NCBI GenBank assembly: GCA_001938485.1
Contig: MQRK01217781.1
Span: 21,397-85,396, forward strand
From: Girardia tigrina
Taxonomy: Eukaryota
Reading direction: 5' to 3'
Length of the DNA: 64,000 nt
This document shows positions 60,898 to 64,000 of this stretch, piece by piece. Every line of letters begins with the position of its first letter. The stretch's first letter is position 1. A program made the position numbers and the translations under genes. A model generated the notes under the pieces. That model was not told where the DNA came from. It searched no databases and worked only from the letters and a program-made list of their open reading frames with translations.

Positions 60898-63048
60898 GGG
60901 TATGTGATCGGATCGTACAAGCAAAATTATTGTAAATAATTGTAATTAGTTCCTGTACGATAATCTTCTGAACAATTTAAAAATTTTTTTTATTTTCTTT
61001 ATGATATCGTAATTTAAGATAAAAAGATTTGGGATTTAATGGTGATAACTGATTAATTCTTAATACCCTTGAGTGTATCATTTTATTTTTCTTGGTTTAT
61101 TTTAACAGTAATTTCATTAATGGATTTTAAACACTTAGTTTTAATGTTTATAATATTGTAAATAAATAATATTGTTAATATATAAATAACAGTAAGTAAA
61201 ATAATAAAATATTAATTAAAATATTAAATATAAATGCTTAAAAATAGATAGATAATATTAATTTTAAACATTTGCAATTTTCTCGTTTTATTTGTCTTGG
61301 CTTTCTTCCTAATTAAATTAATTTGATCCGTATATGATTGCTCAGAAGTTTAACGGTTTCCTTTTGCGATGACACAATAAATTTAAACTGCTCGAAAGTT
61401 CATGGTTAATGTAATCGAAACTAAAGTTAAAAAAAGAGGAAAAACTATAAAAAGGAAGTTGAAAATACTGTTCGAAGTAATTCTGGTTAACTGAGTAGTG
61501 GTCATTTCGAACCGACTACTGGGAACAAAACAAACCCGATTTCTTCGTGCCAAATGAAAATTTTTATTGTCGGCTTGATTACCGAAATAGATGATCACAA
61601 AATTTCCTTGACCGTCTCTAATAATGAGCAGTCTATGACAGAGTCAGGAATGTCAAGTTAAAGCTTTTCAACACTTCAGAGCTCAAAAACTTTAATATTT
61701 AGATTTCACTAATTTAATAAATTCATTATTCATTCCTATTTTAACTACATTTTTTGTAAACGATCAAAAGTTCTTAAGAAATTTTCTTTAATAAGTAGTA
61801 ATAATTAATTTTCTTTTGTCTTATTAATATTGGATTCCATTTTAAAAGTAATTAACCGATCTCTCATTGTACCGTATGTAAAATATTTGATTACACCTAA
61901 CAAAGATGTGTCTCCTGAGGTACATGTCCTTTAAACAAATATGATATTCGAATTATAAATGCTATCCAACTAAAGTAATATAATATAACTGTGATGATAA
62001 AGAGGCGATTATTGATTGAGAATGTCGATGGATTTTTGAATTGACCAGATGCCGAATAAAACAAAAACCATAAAATTTAAAAACCAAAAAACTGCTGATC
62101 GATTGGAATTATTTTCTTGCGAACTGAAATTCGATAACCCTATATTCGATAATCAATGACTTGATTTTACAATAATTTGCATCATTTGAAGTATTTATCT
62201 CGATCAGTGCGACGGTAATAATAATATTGAATTGAAATTTCAACAAAAAATCTTTATTTACAACATTGGATTTTTTATGTTTTATACATTTAAACAAAAT
62301 CCTTGTATAAAAAATATTGAATTAGCAAAATATCAATTAATAATTCTGTAAATAATACAAATCGATTTTTAACACTTAAATATTTCAAATATTTCATTAT
62401 AAATTTTTCCATTGAATAATACACATAATTGTTGTGGTACACAACAATAACTAATAATGTAATTGGAGTAAAGCTCAACCATTAAACAATCTTGATCATA
62501 AACTACCAAGGTATTAGAGGAGCGGCATATCGCTTCGATCATAGTTTTCATACTACATAAATTATCAAGTTCTCAAACTCTCATTGTTACTCACATAAAT
62601 CACCATCCGACACAATCAAACTGATATACAACCGAACACGAATATGAAATATAATATGTAAAGATATATGAATTTATATAAATATGTGAATATAAATATA
62701 ATTTAAATACCACAGAGATGAAGGACCTTCGGCAATGACACAGGGTGCTCGTAGCATGCAAGGGGCACGCGGGCAGTTCGACGTTTGTTTCCGTGGGATC
62801 CCCTTCGTCTTTCAGCGATAACGTAATGTGAAGTATAGTCCTAATTCGAATTAAAGTCATCCCCTCCAGAAGCTCAACCACCAGTCGGGTCATCCTCGGT
62901 TCTGGTTAAGAACCCGAAGGCGCTCCGACACAACCCGTTGATGTGAGTGAAGGAGTCGTGTCTGTTCTCCATTGACATGTAATTAGTTGAGTTTGATAGA
63001 GTTGCCGTTGAACTCTAATGGAAAACGGATGGGAGCTCGGAGTCATCA

Positions 63049-63390
63049 TTAATGTTGTTTGAAGGGGAGCACGACACATATCATCTTGTGTAAATCTTCC
63101 AAAAATATGGTATTGATGCACACTCTAATACTGAATTCTTCTGTCAGACAAGAGACACATTGTTTTAAAGTTTTTTGACAATCTTCCTCAATCCACTGTA
63201 TCATTCTATCGACAGTTTCTTGTGTCTTTTTAGTTTTCTGCACTCTCCTTTTGAAAGTGGCTTGTTTTGATTGTTGCGAATCCAATTATAAGCTCTTCTT
63301 GTATTTATTTCGTAGAGGTCACTGGCTGACTTCCAATCACCTCCATTTTCATAGATTTCTTAAATTTTTCGACGGGCACTTCTGTCATTT
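63049..63390 (-). mobile_element. IS630/Tc1-type transposase N-terminal (HTH) remnant
   Basis: TKKTQETVDRMIQWIEEDCQKTLKQCVSCLTEEFSIRVCINTI. Confidence 0.6.
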
Positions 63391-64000
63391 TTATTATATT
63401 TTCTGCGTGGCATGATGATTGGTTTTTTTTATAAATTGATGAAATAAAACAAATATAGAAGGAATGCAATTTTTACTATTACATACATCAAAAGTGAAAA
63501 AATCAAATTCAAGATATTCTTAAATAATTCAAGAGATATTTATATTTGACATTTATTTTCATATTTATATTTTTGTTAAATTGATTTTCAATTATATGAA
63601 ATTGAATTGTAAAAGGTATAGCAATATTAAATGTCAGACGTGCAATACAATTGCCTGTTGATATATGTAAGCAGTATGAATTATTGTGTATGATACTCCG
63701 TTTAATATGTATTACGATGCACATATAATTAATTTGGATAAATGTATACACCCGTTTATACACATATAATTTATAAGGGCCCTCTTACATTGAATAAGGG
63801 CACTAGATGAATCTATTTATAGATTTGTGATATATTCTGATATTTTTTTGTGATATATTTTGGATTTATTTTGAATTACAATAAAAAATCAATAATAAGT
63901 AAGATTTTTTTAATAAATTTATTTATTGATTTAAATTTTTTATACAACCTTTTACAATTTTTTTTCAAATATACAAAAAAATTTTTTTAATCAATCTCCG

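Noticed and set aside
60367-60920. ORFs spanning the N run
   Set aside because: Artefacts of the assembly gap within a hAT MITE.

Overview
AT-rich, transposon-dense eukaryotic (metazoan) DNA with two assembly gaps (243-286, 60607-60780). It is tentatively a flatworm such as a planarian, judged from an 18S fragment and 42-62 nt minimal introns; this is low confidence. Three spliced host genes were reconstructed by hand: a divergent cyclin G/I-like gene (- strand, 5300-10772), COQ3 (+, 26364-36438) and the PP2A scaffold subunit A (+, 41499-53345). There is also an intronless protein with two RING fingers (-, 16966-18612) and a GRB2-SH3 chimeric ORF (38953-39735). Pseudogenes include SEC22, RBMX2 and an 18S rRNA fragment. 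The rest is mostly transposon debris: MULE, piggyBac, mariner, Tc1, pogo/Tigger, hAT, Ty3/gypsy, BEL/Pao, RTE and Penelope-like elements (PLE). Main highlights: (1) seven minimal hammerhead-ribozyme motifs with covarying stem II, tied to PLE ends, including a protein-free 210-bp palindrome made of two back-to-back hammerheads inside the cyclin intron; (2) a Pack-MULE-like TIR element family whose two copies carry different cargo (host SEC22 DNA versus a pogo fragment); (3) an RBMX2 copy directly after a PLE ribozyme end; (4) multi-layer nested insertions. All assignments come from reading the sequence; no database searches were run.
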